NCBI GenBank assembly: GCA_012518675.1
Contig: JAAYRR010000052.1
Span: forward strand, 8,214 to 72,213
Reading direction: 5' to 3'
Length of the DNA stretch: 64,000 nucleotides
Origin: Bacillota bacterium
GTDB lineage: Bacteria; Bacillota; Dethiobacteria; DTU022; UBA8154
In this document: positions 63,644-64,000 of the stretch, piece by piece
How positions within the stretch are numbered: the stretch's first letter is position 1
How the letters are laid out: the number at the start of each line of letters is the position of its first letter
Notes under the pieces: model-generated
Told to the model about the DNA's origin: nothing
Database searches by the model: none
The model's input: only the letters and a program-made list of their open reading frames with translations
Made by a program: the position numbers and the translations under genes

Positions 63644-63658
63644 TAAGGATGAAGATCT

Positions 63659-63847
63659 TTGGAAATAGAAAAATTTATTTTAGCCGTTGTGACACTGGAT
63701 CGCCATAAAGTAGGCGGATGCGGCACACCCCTTTTTTATGCAGCTGATAAAAAAGAACAGGATACTATCGCCACTTATTTAGCACGGATCACCTCCGGTG
63801 TAATCCACGACTTGGAAAATGGGGTCTATATCATCGTCCGGCATTAA
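63659..63847 (+). CDS. Small protein partner of YIEGIA ('capping complex subunit for YIEGIA'-type)
   Basis: 62 aa, immediately downstream of the YIEGIA gene; conserved pairing. Confidence 0.5.
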   Translation: MEIEKFILAVVTLDRHKVGGCGTPLFYAADKKEQDTIATYLARITSGVIHDLENGVYIIVRH

Positions 63848-63857
63848 GGGGAAAAAG

Positions 63858-64000
63858 ATGAAAATTATTTACCATTGTTATGGCGGCACACATTCTTCAG
63901 TGATCGCTGCGGCATTGCATTTGGGTCTTTTGAAAAGAAACAGGCTTCCTTCTGCCGGTGAACTGTTGGCTTGCCCAAATTTTGATCAGCGGACTAACCG
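63858..64000 (+). CDS. 5' part of a hypothetical protein gene (MKIIYHCYGGTHSSVIAAALHLGLL...), truncated by the window end
   Basis: Open frame from ATG 63858 after AAGGGGAAAAAG; no stop before the window end. Confidence 0.4.
   Translation, partial: MKIIYHCYGGTHSSVIAAALHLGLLKRNRLPSAGELLACPNFDQRTN

Overview
This 64-kb window is entirely chromosomal core sequence from an endospore-forming anaerobic Firmicute (Clostridia-like). Every supportable gene, about 85 in total, lies on the + strand. Gene order follows well-known Bacillus/Clostridium synteny blocks. In order: a tail of type-IV-pilus/competence pseudopilin genes; pepP-efp-(acidic Zn-ribbon protein); the spoIIIAA-AH operon; asp23-amaP-DUF2273; nusB; nfnAB; three tandem folD paralogs; xseA-xseB-ispA; a roughly 0.5-kb ORF-free structured region that I call OLE RNA, followed by oapA; dxs-tlyA-nadK-recN; spoIVB-spo0A; a steA-steB-GT2-GT4(MraY-like)-DUF3866-like cluster; spoIIM-xerD-deoB-pdp; dacF-spoIIAA-spoIIAB-sigF; (small membrane protein, dodecin)-spoVAC-VAD-VAEB-VAF; a degenerate CCA-enzyme paralog-M50 protease-trpS; scpA-scpB-ytfI-ytfJ; dacB-spmA-spmB; rluB; a histidine phosphatase; three unknown ORFs; cmk-plsC-ispH::rpsA fusion; DUF1614-spoIIP-YIEGIA-capping subunit. 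I found no rRNA, tRNA, CRISPR array or mobile element. The items most worth a second look are the OLE RNA/oapA locus, the triple folD array (two copies with eroded catalytic motifs) next to nfnAB, the CCA-adding-enzyme homolog lacking its catalytic aspartates together with the TTCC-N-GGAA repeat array upstream of it, and the steAB-glycosyltransferase cluster embedded in the deeply conserved tlyA-nadK-recN...xerD neighbourhood. All calls rest on reading the translated ORFs and DNA motifs by eye; no database search was run.
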